From Macrostomum hystrix (lineage: Eukaryota; Animalia; Platyhelminthes): a stretch of 64,000 nucleotides of DNA. The notes under the pieces were generated by a model. That model searched no databases. It had not been told where the DNA came from and saw only the letters and a program-made list of their open reading frames with translations. Where the stretch lies: contig CATNEN010000003.1 in the NCBI GenBank assembly GCA_950097015.1, forward strand, positions 13,020,001-13,084,000, written 5' to 3'. The first letter of the stretch is position 1. Each line of letters opens with the position of its first letter. The position numbers and the translations under genes are program-made. This document shows positions 22,801 to 36,600 of the stretch, piece after piece.

Positions 22801-25800
22801 TGAATTTATCCCTAACGAAATTATTAAAATAATAGGATTTGTGTCTAAGAAAATTAAATTCAAGTCGTGTGCAATTTTTAGTGTAAATATGGGAATTATG
22901 AGTCAGTGGGTAGGGAATATGGGTCAGTGGGTAGGGAATATGGGTCAGTGGGTAGTGAATATAAGTCAGTGGATAGGGAATATGGGTCAGTGGATTGGGA
23001 ATATGGGTCAGTAGATGGGGAATATGAGTCAGTGGATTGGGAATATGGGTCAGTAGATGGGGAATATGGATCAATGGATAGGGAATATGGGTCAGTAGAT
23101 GGGGAATATGGATCAATGGATAGGGAATATAGGTTAGTGGATAGGGAATATGGGTCAGTAGATGGGGAATATGGATCAATGGATAGGGAATATGGGTCAG
23201 TAGATGGGGAATATGGATCAATGGATAGGGAATATAGGTCAGTGGATAGGGAATATGGGTTAGTGGATAGGGAATATGGGTTAGTGGATAGGGAATATGC
23301 GTCAGTGGATAGGGAATATGGGTTAGTGGATAGGGAATATGGGTCAGTGGATAGGGAATATGGGTCAGCGGATAGGGAATATGGGTCAGTGGATAGGGAA
23401 TATGTGTCAGTAGATGGGGAATATGGGTCAGTGGATAGGGAATATGGGTCAGTAGATGGGGAATATGGGTCAGTGGATAGGGAATATGGGTCAGTAGATG
23501 GGGAATATGGATCAATGGATAGGGAATATGGGTCAGTAGATGGGGAATATGGATCAATGGATAGGGAATATGGGTCAGTAGATGGGGAATATGGATCAAT
23601 GGATAGGGAATATAGGTTAGTGGATAGGGAATATGGGTCAGTGGATAGGGAATATGGGTTAGTGGATAGGGAATATGGGTTAGTGGATAGGGAATATGGG
23701 TCAGTGGATAGGGAATATGGGTTAGTGGATAGGGAATATGGGTCAGTGGATAGGGAATATGGGTCAGCGGATAGGGAATATGGGTCAGTGGATAGGGAAT
23801 ATGGGTCAGTAGATGGGGAATATGGGTCAGTGGATAGGGAATATGGGTCAGTAGATGGGGAATATGGGTCAGTGGATAGGGAATATGGGTCAGTAGATGG
23901 GGAATATGGATCAATGGATAGGGAATATGGGTCAGTAGATGGGGAATATGGATCAATGGATAGGGAATATAGGTTAGTGGATAGGGAATATGGGTCAGTG
24001 GATAGGGAATATCGGTCAGTGGATAGGCAATCTGGATCAGTGGATTGGGAATATGGGTCAGTAGATGGGGAATATGGGTCAGTGGATAGGGAATATGGGT
24101 CAGTAGATGGGGAATATGGATCAATGGATAGGGAATATGGGTCAGTAGATGGGGAATATGGATCAATGGATAGGGAATATAGGTTAGTGGATAGGGAATA
24201 TGGGTCAGTGGATTGGGAATATGGGTTAGTGGATAGGGAATATGGGTTAGTGGATAGGGAATATGGGTCAGTGGATAGGGAATATGGGTTAGTGGATAGG
24301 GAATATGGGTCAGTGGATAGGGAATATGGGTCAGCGGATAGGGAATATGGGTCAGTGGATAGGGAATATGGGTCAGTAGATGGGGAATATGGGTCAGTGG
24401 ATAGGGAATATGGGTCAGTAGATGGGGAATATGGGTCAGTGGATAGGGAATATGGGTCAGTAGATGGGGAATATGTATCAATGGATAGGGAATATGGGTC
24501 AGTAGATGGGGAATATGGATCAATGGATAGGGAATATAGGTTAGTGGATAGGGAATATGGGTCAGTGGATAGGGAATATCGGTCAGTGGATAGGCAATCT
24601 GGATCAGTGGATTGGGAATATGGGTCAGTAGATGGGGAATATGGGTCAGTGGATAGGGAATATGGGTCAGTAGATGGGGAATATGGATCAATGGATAGGG
24701 AATATGGGTCAGTAGATGGGGAATATGGATCAATGGATAGGGAATATAGGTTAGTGTATAGGGAATATGGGTCAGTGGATAGGGAATATGGGTCAGTGGA
24801 TAGGGAATATGGGTCAGTGGATAGGGAATATGGGTCAGTGGATAGGGAATATGGGTCAGTGGATAGGGAATATGGGTCAGTGGATAGGGAATATGGGTTT
24901 GTGGATAGGGAATATGGGTCAGTGGATAGGGAATATGGGTCAGTGGATAGGGAATATGGGTTTGTGGATAGGGAATATGGGTCAGTGGATAGGGAATATG
25001 GGTTTGTGGATAGGGAATATGGGTCAGTGGATAGGGAATATGGGTTTGTGGATAGGGAATATGGGTCAGTGGATAGGGAATATGGGTCAGTGGATAGGGA
25101 ATATGGGTCAGTAGATGGGGAATATGAATACCACGTCACTGTACTATACATTACAATAGAAGCAATAAGAGGAAATTCACAGCTGGTGCAGTTAGCAAAA
25201 TTGCGGTACAATACTTATGGGTTAAATTAGGTCAAGGTCGCGAGCTAAGCGCACGTGATGATTCGTCTTTTTTCTGTTTTTTATGTGCCCTAAGGTCAGT
25301 CGAGCGTCTATTTATGGACTTAGTAGCTGTGCTAAGGGTGAATAATTTATTGCTGTTGCTGAGCTCCAGAGAAGAATTGGTTTTGAAATTCCATTAGGAG
25401 AATAAAATTCAAGCTGTAGTAGATTTAAGCTCATTTGCCATTTTTAAGTAGATAAGTACTCGTAGATTAGTAGCTAGATTAGTAAATCAGTTTATGCATT
25501 TTTCGATTTCTGAAGTAAATTTGTAGATTTACTAGATAGCTTAGTGATTGAGAAAGAGATTAGTAGATTCGAAAACAGATTAGCGGATTAGCAAGCAGAT
25601 TAGTAGATTGGAAAACAGATTAGCGGATTAGCAAGCAGATTAGTAGATTGGAAAACAGATTAGCGGATTAGCAAGCAGATTAGTAGATTGGAAAACAGAT
25701 TAGCGGATTCGGAAGCAGGTTAGTAGATTAGTCTGGGAGAGACAGAGAGGAGAGACAGAGTGTGAGAGACAAAGGGGGAGAGACAGAGTGTGAGAGACAA

Positions 25801-28800
25801 AGGGGGAGAGACAGAGTGTGAGAGACAAAGGGGGAGAGACAGAGTGGGAGAGACAGAGTGTGAGAGACAGAGTGGGAGAGACAGAGTGGGAGAGACAGAG
25901 TGGGAGAGACAGAGAGGAGAGACAGAGTGTGAGAGACAGAGTGGGAGAGACAGAGTGGGAGAGACAGAGGGGGAGAGACAGAGTGGGAGAGACAGAGGGG
26001 AGAGACAGAGTGTGAGAGACAGAGAGTGAGAGACAGAGTGTGAGAGACAGAGTGGGAGAGACAGAGTGTGAGAGACAGAGAGTGAGAGACAGAGTGGGAG
26101 AGACAGAGTGTGAGAGACAGAGTGGGAGAGACAGAGTGGGAGAGACAGAGTGGGAGAGACAGAGTGTGAGAGACAGAGTGGGAGAGACAGAGTGGGAGAG
26201 ACAGAGTGGGAGAGACAGAGTGTGAGAGACAGAGTGGGAGAGACAGAGTGGGAGAGACGGAGTGTGAGAGACAGAGTGGGAGAGACAGAGTGGGAGAGAC
26301 AGAGGGGGAGAGACAGAGTGGGAGAGACAGAGTGGGAGAGACAGAGTGTGAGAGACAGAGTGGGAGAGACAGAGTGGGAGAGACAGAGTGTGAGAGACAG
26401 AGTGGGAGAGACAGAGTGGGAGAGACAGAGGGGGAGAGACAGAGTGGGAGAGACAGAGGGGGAGAGACAGAGTGTGAGAGACAGAGTGGGAGAGACAGAG
26501 TGGGAAAGACAGAGTGGGAGAGACAGAGTGTGAGAGACAGAGGGGGAGAGACAGAGTGTGAGAGACAGACAGTGAGAGACAGTGTGAGAGACAGAGGGTT
26601 AGAGGGTCGTGGCAGTGCTGGTGAGGCGGTGAAGGGGGCAGGGTTGTTAACTAAGGAAACATGCATTAGTAATATGTGCCGCTTGGGAAAATAACCGAGG
26701 GAAACTGCCTCTTCCGACTGGGGTTGTTGGAGCTTTAGTTGGTGCATGGCTTAGTACTTTTATTTTCTCTCTCTCTTGTTTTCTGCTTTCCGACCATGCA
26801 GATTAGACAAAGTTTTTTTTGCGTTTACCGAGCAGTGTATTTGGGATTAAGAGAAGTCGAGAGGAAATGAAGATGACCCAGGGAAGGGAAGAAAGCATTT
26901 TGAGTGAAAGTGGAGAAAGTGCGAGTTATGGAGAAGTTATAAATTATTTTATTAATATTGCAGGGTATATTTGTTATATTTGTTAATCGGATAATTTAAA
27001 ACGCTAGAAAGAGAAATATAATGTGGGAGAGATGGAGTACAGGGTACTTAGGGAATGGATTGAAGGGACAGGGAGAGAGAGAGAAGCGAGGAGAGGGGGA
27101 GATGTGGAAAAGACAAATTCAGACTATATAGCTATTGTAAATTGAAATTCTTTAGAACCTTCCCCAGATACTAACATCTCTTTTTTAGTATTATTCATTC
27201 AACCTGTGTACTAATATATGCTCTCTTGAATAGGGTGCATCGTTGGTTGTACTTTAGGGCTGAAAATAGATTAGATTATTAGTGCAAGGACTATATTGGC
27301 AACTGCTATTTGATCTCGCTATGTCACTCTCAATCTCACCCTTGATCTCAACCTCACCCTTAATCTCACTCTCAATCTTACCCTAATCTCAATCTCACTC
27401 TCAATCTCACCCTTAATCTCACCCTCAATCTCACTCTCCATCTCACCCTTAATCTCAAGCTCAATCTCAATCTGACCCTTAATCTTAATCTCACCCACAG
27501 TCTCACCCCTTATCCTCGCTTTCATTTGAAAGATCGCTCCAGTATAATTTTCCTAATAATACAAATTTTACACTTCTGTTTAAATAAGTGACTTTTCGAA
27601 TCTATTGATGATGGTCTGGTTTTGACGGACCTTAACATAATCATATTTCCCAGATTTTTATTAATACATCCACATACTCAGCTTAGTACAATTATAATCG
27701 ATTAACCGGTCCTCGATCGTGCTCTGACGCCCAACTGATATCACATATAGTCGACAAGCCTCAGTTTGTCTCCTAAACACACAATCTCTCTAATCGATCC
27801 TCACTCGACAACACTGTGTCTTTATTTCACTTGCACTTTTATTTCTGTCCCTTAATTCAAAATCTAGCCATGGCTACTGTTTTTCTGTAGTGTTTTTAGC
27901 TCGAGTGCTTCTGCACTTAAGTTAATTTACCTGTTGTCTTTAGTAGTCTGTATTTTACAAGTCAATCAGTCTGTAGATTGCCTGTCAGTCAGTCTGTAGT
28001 TTACCTGTCAATCAGTCTATAGTTTACCTGTCAGTCTATAGTTTACCTGTCAATCAGTCTATAGTTTACCTGTCAGTCAGTCTATTGTTTACCTGTCAAT
28101 CAGTTTGTAGTTTACCTGTCCATCAGTCTGTAGTTTACCTGTCAATCAGTCTGTAGTTTACCTGTCCATCAGTCTGTAGTTTACCTGTCAATCAGTCTGT
28201 AGTTTACCTGTCAGTCAGTCTATTGTTTACCTGTCAATCAGTCTGTAGTTTACCTGTAAATCAGTCTGTAGTTTACCTGTCCATCAGTCAGTAGTTTACC
28301 TGTAAATCAGTCTGTAGTTTACCTGTCCATCAGTCTGTAGTTTACCTGTCAATCAGTCTGAAGTTTACCTGTCCATCAGTCTGTAGTTTACCTGTCAATC
28401 AGTCTGTAGTTTACCTGTCCATCAGTCTGTAGTTTACCTGTCAATCAGTCAATTGTTTATCTGTCAATCAGTCTGTAGTTTATCTGTCAATCAGTCTGTA
28501 GTTTACCTGTCAATCAGTCTGTCGTTTACCTGTCAATCAGTCTGTAGTTTACCTGTCAATCAGTCTGTAGTTTACCTGTCAATCAGTCTGTAGTTTACCT
28601 GTCAATCAGTCTGTAGTTTACCTGTCCATCAGTCTGTAGTTTACCTGTCAATCAGTCTGTAGTTTACCTGTCCATCAGTCTGTAGTTTACCTGTCAATCA
28701 GTCAATTGTTTATCTGTCAATCAGTCTGTAGTTTATCTGTCAATCAGTCTGAAGTTTATCTGTCAATCAGTCCGTAGTTTACCTGTCAATCAGTCTGTAG

Positions 28801-31800
28801 TTTACCTGTCAATCAGTCTATAGTTTACCTGTCAATCAGTCTGTAGTTTACCTGTCAATCAGTCTGTAGTTTACCTGTCTGTCAGTCAGTAGTTTACCTG
28901 TCCATCAGTATGTAGTTTACCTGTCAATCAGTCTGTAGTTTACCTGTCAATCAGTCTGTAGTTTACCTGTCAATCAGTCTGTAGTTCACCTATCAATAAG
29001 TCTGTAGTTTACCTGTCAATCAGTCTGTAGTTTACCTGTCAGTCAGTCTATAGTTTACCTGTCAATCAGTCTATAGTTTACCTGTCAGTCAGTCTATTGT
29101 TTACCTGTCAATCAGTCTGTAGTTTACCTGTCAATCAGTCTGTCGTTTACCTGTCAATCAGTCTGTAGTTTACCTGTCAGTCAGTCTATTGTTTACCTGT
29201 CAATCAGTCTGTAGTTTACCAGTCAGTCAGTCTATTGTTTACCTGTCAATCAGTCTGTAGTTTACCTGTCAGTCAGTCTATTGTTTACCTGTCAATCAGT
29301 CTGTAGTTTACCAGTCAGTCAGTCTATTGTTTACCTGTCAATCAGTCTGTAGTTTATCTGTCAATCAGTCTGTAGTTTATCTGTCAATCAGTCTGTAGTT
29401 TATCTGTCAATCAGTCTGTAGTTTATCTGTCAATCAGTCTGTAGTTTATCTGTCAATCAGTCTGTAGTTTATCTGTCAATCAGTCTGTAGTTTACCTGTC
29501 CATCAGTCTGTAGTTTACCTGTCAATCAGTCTGTAGTTTACCTGTCAATCAGTCTGTAGTTTACCTGTAAATCAGTCTGTAGTTTACCTGTCCATCAGTC
29601 AGTAGTTTACCTGTAAATCAGTCTGTAGTTTACCTGTCCATCAGTCTGTAGTTTACCTGTCAATCAGTCTGAAGTTTACCTGTCCATCAGTCTGTAGTTT
29701 ACCTGTCAATCAGTCTGTAGTTTACCTGTCCATCAGTCTGTAGTTTACCTGTCAATCAGTCAATTGTTTATCTGTCAATCAGTCTGTAGTTTATCTGTCA
29801 ATCAGTCTGTAGTTTACCTGTCAATCAGTCTGTCGTTTACCTGTCAATCAGTCTGTAGTTTACCTGTCAATCAGTCTGTAGTTTACCTGTCAATCAGTCT
29901 GTAGTTTACCTGTCAATCAGTCTGTAGTTTATCTGTCAATCAGTCTGTAGTTTACCTGTCAATCAGTCTGTAGTTTACCTGTCCATCAGTCTGTAGTTTA
30001 CCTGTCAATCAGTCAATTGTTTATCTGTCAATCAGTCTGTAGTTTATCTGTCAATCAGTCTGAAGTTTATCTGTCAATCAGTCCGTAGTTTACCTGTCAA
30101 TCAGTCTGTAGTTTACCTGTCAATCAGTCTATAGTTTACCTGTCAATCAGTCTGTAGTTTACCTGTCAATCAGTCTGTAGTTTACCTGTCTGTCAGTCAG
30201 TAGTTTACCTGTCCATCAGTATGTAGTTTACCTGTCAATCAGTCTGTAGTTTACCTGTCAATCAGTCTGTAGTTTACCTGTCAATCAGTCTGTAGTTCAC
30301 CTATCAATAAGTCTGTAGTTTACCTGTCAATCAGTCTGTAGTTTACCTGTCAGTCAGTCTATAGTTTACCTGTCAATCAGTCTATAGTTTACCTGTCAGT
30401 CAGTCTATTGTTTACCTGTCAATCAGTCTGTAGTTTACCTGTCAATCAGTCTGTCGTTTACCTGTCAATCAGTCTGTAGTTTACCTGTCAGTCAGTCTAT
30501 TGTTTACCTGTCAATCAGTCTGTAGTTTACCAGTCAGTCAGTCTATTGTTTACCTGTCAATCAGTCTGTAGTTTACCTGTCAGTCAGTCTATTGTTTACC
30601 TGTCAATCAGTCTGTAGTTTACCAGTCAGTCAGTCTATTGTTTACCTGTCAATCAGTCTGTAGTTTATCTGTCAATCAGTCTGTAGTTTATCTGTCAATC
30701 AGTCTGTAGTTTATCTGTCAATCAGTCTGTAGTTTATCTGTCAATCAGTCTGTAGTTTATATGTCAATCAGTCTGTAGTTTATCTGTCAATCAGTCTGTA
30801 GTTTACCTGTCCATCAGTCTGTAGTTTACCTGTCAATCAGTCTGTAGTTTACCTGTCAGTCAGTCTGTAGTTTACCTGTCTGTCAGTCTGTAGTTTACCT
30901 GTCTGTCAGTCAGTAGTTTACCTGTCTGTCAGTCTATTGTTTACCTGTCAATCAGTCTGTAGTTTACCTGTCAATCAGTCTGTCGTTTATCTGTCAATCA
31001 GTCTGTAGTTTATCTGTCAATCAGTCTGTAGTTTTTCTGTCAATCAGTCTGTAGTTTATCTGTCAATCAGTCTGAAGTTTATCTGTCAATCAGTCTGTAG
31101 TTTACCTGTCAATCAGTCTGTAGTTTACCTGTCCATCAGTCTGTAGTTTACCTGTCAATCAGTCTGTAGTTTACCTGTCAATCAGTCTGTAGTTTACCTG
31201 TCCATCAGTCTGTAGTTTACCTGTCAATCAGTCTGTAGTTTACCTGTCCATCAGTCTGTAGTTTACCTGTCAATCAGTCAATAGTTTATCTGTCAATTAG
31301 TCTGTAGTTTATCTGTCAATCAGTCTGAAGTTTATCTGTCAATCAGTCTGAAGTTTATCTGTCAATCAGTCTGTAGTTTACCTGTCAATCAGTCTGTAGT
31401 TTACCTGTCAATCAGTCTATAGTTTACCTGTCAATCAGTCTGTAGTTTACTTGTCTGTCAGTCTGTAGTTTACCTGTCTGTCAGTCTGTAGTTTACCTGT
31501 CTGTCAGTCAGTAGTTTACCTGTCTGTCAGTCTATTGTTTACCTGTCAATCAGTCTGTAGTTTACCTGTCAATCAGTCTGTAGTTTACCTGTCAATCAGT
31601 CTGTAGTTTACCTGTCAGTCAGTCTATTGTTTACCTGTCAATCAGTCTGTAGTTTATCTGTCAATCAGTCTGTAGTTTATCTGTCAATCAGTCTGTAGTT
31701 TACCTGTCAGTCAGTCTATTGTTTACCTGTCAATCAGTCTGTAGTTTACCAGTCAGTCAGTCTATTGTTTACCTGTCAATCAGTCTGTAGTTTATCTGTC

Positions 31801-33601
31801 AATCAGTCTGTAGTTTACCTGTCCATCAGTCTGTAGTTTACCTGTCAATCAGTCAATTGTTTATCTGTCAATCAGTCTGTAGTTTATCTGTCAATCAGTC
31901 TGAAGTTTATCTGTCAATCAGTCCGTAGTTTACCTGTCAATCAGTCTGTAGTTTACCTGTCAATCAGTCTATAGTTTACCTGTCAATCAGTCTGTAGTTC
32001 ACCTGTCAGTCAGTCTATAGTTTACCTGTCAATCAGTCCATAGTTTACCTGTCAGTCAGTCTATTGTTTACCTGTCAATCAGTCTGTAGTTTACCAGTCA
32101 GTCAGTCTATTGTTTACCTGTCAATCAGTCTGTAGTTTATCTGTCAATCAGTCTGTAGTTTACCTGTCAATCAGTCTGTAGTTTACCTGTCAATCAGTCT
32201 GTAGTTTACCTGTCCATCAGTCTGTAGTTTACCTGTCAATCAGTCTGTAGTTTACCTGTCCATCAGTCTGTAGTTTACCTGTCAATCAGTCAATAGTTTA
32301 TCTGTCAATTAGTCTGTAGTTTATCTGTCAATCAGTCTGAAGTTTATCTGTCAATCAGTCTGAAGTTTATCTGTCAATCAGTCTGTAGTTTACCTGTCAA
32401 TCAGTCTGTAGTTTACCTGTCAATCAGTCTATAGTTTACCTGTCAATCAGTCTGTAGTTTACCTGTCTGTCAGTCTGTAGTTTACCTGTCTGTCAGTCTG
32501 TAGTTTACCTGTCTGTCAGTCAGTAGTTTACCTGTCTGTCAGTCTATTGTTTACCTGTCAATCAGTCTGTAGTTTACCTGTCAATCAGTCTGTCGTTTAC
32601 CTGTCAATCAGTCTGTAGTTTACCTGTCAGTCAGTCTATTGTTTACCTGTCAATCAGTCTGTAGTTTATCTGTCAATCAGTCTGTAGTTTATCTGTCAAT
32701 CAGTCTGTAGTTTACCTGTCAGTCAGTCTATTGTTTACCTGTCAATCAGTCTGTAGTTTACCAGTCAGTCAGTCTATTGTTTACCTGTCAATCAGTCTGT
32801 AGTTTATCTGTCAATCAGTCTGTAGTTTACCTGTCCATCAGTCTGTAGTTTACCTGTCAATCAGTCAATTGTTTATCTGTCAATCAGTCTGTAGTTTATC
32901 TGTCAATCAGTCTGAAGTTTATCTGTCAATCAGTCTGTAGTTTACCTGTCAGTCAGTCTATTGTTTACCTGTCAATCAGTCTGTAGTTTACCTGTCAATC
33001 AGTCTGTAGTTTACCTGTCCATCAGTCAGTAGTTTACCTGTCAATCAGTCTGTAGTTTATCTGTCAATCAGTCTGTAGTTTATCTGTCAATCAGTCTGTA
33101 GTTTATCTGTCAATCAGTCTGTAGTTTATCTGTCAATCAGTCTGTAGTTGGCCTACAGAGGATTTATAAATTTATCAATTTTTCGATTAGTAGGTAAGTA
33201 TATATAAGGTATTTTTGTAAACATAAATACCTAACACTAACATACTAAGATACTTTTCTTTGCAAAATCTCCTATAAAAGACGAAGTTTAGTTGAATTCG
33301 GTTAATTTGTGAGCAAGACAAGAATTAATGCAAATATTAATCTCGATTCTTGCTTAATTATAGAAGAGGCTTTTCTGCGCATGCTATTAATTAAGCGAAT
33401 GACTTAATGGGCGAGTTAATTCGGCAGCATGGGACCTCATTAACATCTCTTTTAATCAGGTGTATATGTATATGTGCCTGTGAATAAACGCTTGTATGTA
33501 AGCGAAATTTGCATACTAACGTTCTGTTGGTTGGGCTAGTGCTTGACTTAATGAGCGGTGTTGTAAAAGACCGTGACTGCTAAAATCCATTTTAATACTG
33601 C

Positions 33602-33632
<31 letters not shown>

Positions 33633-36600
33633 AATGTGCCTGTGAATAATATTAAATTTATTTTCCTCGTCTCTCTCTTCGTGTCTCCTCCAACTCCACT
33701 CCTGTTCTCCTGTCCTCTCCTCTCCTTTTCTGTCCTGTCCTGTCTCTCCTGTCCTCTCCTCTCCTGTCCTGTCCTCTCCTCTCCTCTCCTCTCCTGTCCT
33801 GTCCTGTCCTCTCCTCTCCTGTCCTGTCCTGTCCTCTCCTCTCCTGTCCTGTCCTGTCCTCTCCTGTCCTGTCCTCTCCTCTCCTCTCCTGTCCTGTCCT
33901 GTCCTCTCCTCTCCTGTCCTGTCCTGTCCTCTCCTGTCCTGTCCTGTCCTCTCCTGTCCTGTCCTGTTCTGTCCTCTCCTCTCCTCTCCTGTCCTGTCCT
34001 GTCCTCTCCTCTCCTGTCCTGTCCTGTCCTCTCCTGTCCTGTCCTGTCCTGTCCTCTCCTGTCCTGTCCTGTCCTCTCCTCTCCTCTCCTCTCCTGTCCT
34101 GTCCTGTCCTCTCCTCTCCTGTCCTGTCCTGTCCTCTCCTCTCCTGTCCTGTCCTGTCCTCTCCTGTCCTGTCCTGTCCTGTCCTCTCCTGTCCTTTCCT
34201 GTCCTCTCCTCTCCTCTCCTCTCATGTCCTGTCCTGTCCTCTCCTCTCCTGTCCTGTCCTGTCCTCTCCTCTCCTGTCCTCTCCTGTCCTGTCCTGTCCT
34301 CTCCTCTCCTCTCCTCTCCTGTCCTGTCCTGTCCTCTCCTCTCCTGTCCTGTCCTGTCCTCTCCTCTCCTGTCCTTTCCTGTCCTCTCCTGTCCTGTCCT
34401 CTCCTGTCCTGTCCTCTCCTCTCCTCTCCTCTCCTGTCCTGTCCTGTCCTGTCCTCTCCTGTCCTGTCCTGTCCTGTCCTGTCCTCTCCTCTCCTCTCCT
34501 GTCCTCTCCTGTCCTGTCCTCTCCTCTCCTGTCCTGTCCTGTCCTCTCCTCTCCTCTCCTGTCCTCTCCTGTCCTGTCCTGTCCTGTCCTGTCCTGTCCT
34601 CTCCTCTCCTCTCCTCCTTCCCGGCCTTCTCTCATATCCTGTTTTTCATATATCCATTTTATGGAGAGCTTGTAGCCTCCAACCCATTAGTTAGAGCTTT
34701 AGAATTTTTATAATTAAGAATGTAATTCTTAATAGTTAATAAGTAATTTAACGAGGATAAGTGGGCCCCACCCCACTAAATGGACTGTACACTACACCTA
34801 GAATCGCTGCGCAACAGCTGGGTCTGTATCACTGGTTGGGCTACGCTCGTAACACAGTTTGTGTAATTTCTACGCGTATCTGTACGTTAATATTTTGCTT
34901 TCGATTTACTTAATTAACTTTCTCACAATAGAAAAACTATTAATGCTGCTAATTGATTTTCTCATCAACAGAAATACGATACTTTCAAAATTTCGAAACA
35001 AAGTTTTGTATGGTTTTCACCTTTTTCTACACCTTTTCTTCGAGTAAAAAACTGAAAATAAATGTAGCCACCATATTCAAGTTACACTGCTTAGATTTTT
35101 TTAATTAGGCAAGTAGTATAGTGCAGTTTGCAACTATTTTAAAAATTTTGTTGAAAAAATAAACTTTTTGCTTGACACATAATAATGATTGCAGGAGGGC
35201 TGTGGGAAACGGCACACCATTTTGTGACACTAGACCCGCAGCCAGCGCATTATGCCCCATTCCGCTGATTCGTACACACACGCAACTGTAGGCAGGCACA
35301 CACTCACACAGGTGTGTACATCTGCCTTCACTTTCTCATCGTCAGGCAGTATACACACTCACTGTGCCTTGGAGGTTGGCCCTCAAGGGCTTAAATTGCA
35401 CGACAAGCCCCCAAGCCTTCTCTCCGCGGCTGCGCCCCAAATAAATGTGGCCTCGCCGCGGAGTCGAACTCAGGGACCTTGGCGTGATAGGCAAACGCGT
35501 TAACCGCTCTGCCACCGACAACCCCCGCACTCGACAGATGGACGTCATGGCCATCGCTAAGAAGATCTCCGGCCTCAACGGTCGCCTAGGCAACCTGGCT
35601 GCGCTATCGGAACCCCGCGAAAATGCCTACATAGCCTATCGGTGCAAAGGCTCTGTAGAGTACAATTCCATTGACAGTTCGTTGAGCACCTTCGGCTCCG
35701 TGCTAGTATCGGCCACTTATCCGGGTCGGTGCAAACTCGAATTGTTAGAGCAGGCAACCGTCAACCTGACGTGTCGGGCCCGCCTACAGGCGGTGGAGTA
35801 TGATGGTCAAGCTCGGGTGACTGGCGGCGATCCGGTGACAGCCGGTTTAGAAACACCGCTAGGCGAATTGTTGGAGACTTCGGTTGAAGATATGGACGAT
35901 GGCAGCTATGCCATCAGGTTTGTTCCGCTGTGCCCCGGCAAGCACCGACTGACAGTTCGAGTGTTCGATCGACCAGTCAGAGGCTGCCCAATTGAACTCG
36001 ATGTGGCTGGCAGACACAAGCCGGCTGCGAAAGCTGGCTCGGGTGGGTCAACAATGTCCTCCACGCAGCAGTTTAATGTTGATCGGCTGCACGTGAGTAA
36101 CAGGGGGTCAAGTGACCTCCCCTTATTCTCAAAACTGCGTTTATTCTATTTGGGGGGTCATGTGACCTCCCATCAGTGTAAAAAATTTGCAGAGGGATCA
36201 CGTGACTTCCCCTTAGTGTTAAAAAAACCTGTGTACTTTAAAGAGGGGGTGGTCACGTGACTTCTCCTCATAGTCTGGAAAGGTTTAGAAATAAATTTAT
36301 TTCTATTCAAGTTCTTGTACTTTAGTTTGGCTGAAAACACAGTCAATCCTGTATAAAACTGCCACCTCAGGCACCATACGCTGTGGCATCCAGTCTGACT
36401 GGTAGAGAAGTGTTCGTCTCGGACACTGGCAATTGTCGAGTGGCTGTGCTAGATTCTGATCTGCGATGGCTTGGCGAGATTGGCAAATCGGCCGCTGCGA
36501 CGGGCAGGGCTGCCACCGGACTGGCTGTGGACGCTGGCGGGCGACTGTGGGTGAGTGGAGTCGAGTGGTTGGGGAGAGTGGGGTAGACTATTAGTCACAG

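Noticed and set aside
22796-25230. 645-774 aa ORFs on both strands as annotated genes
   Set aside because: 21-bp satellite open in several frames; kept only as a speculative finding
25728-34694. Cys/Ser/Leu- or Arg/Glu-rich ORFs
   Set aside because: Derived from 14-bp and 5-bp simple repeats
36103-36266. CRISPR-like repeat-spacer pattern
   Set aside because: Eukaryotic intron, degenerate repeats, spacers related to each other, no cas genes
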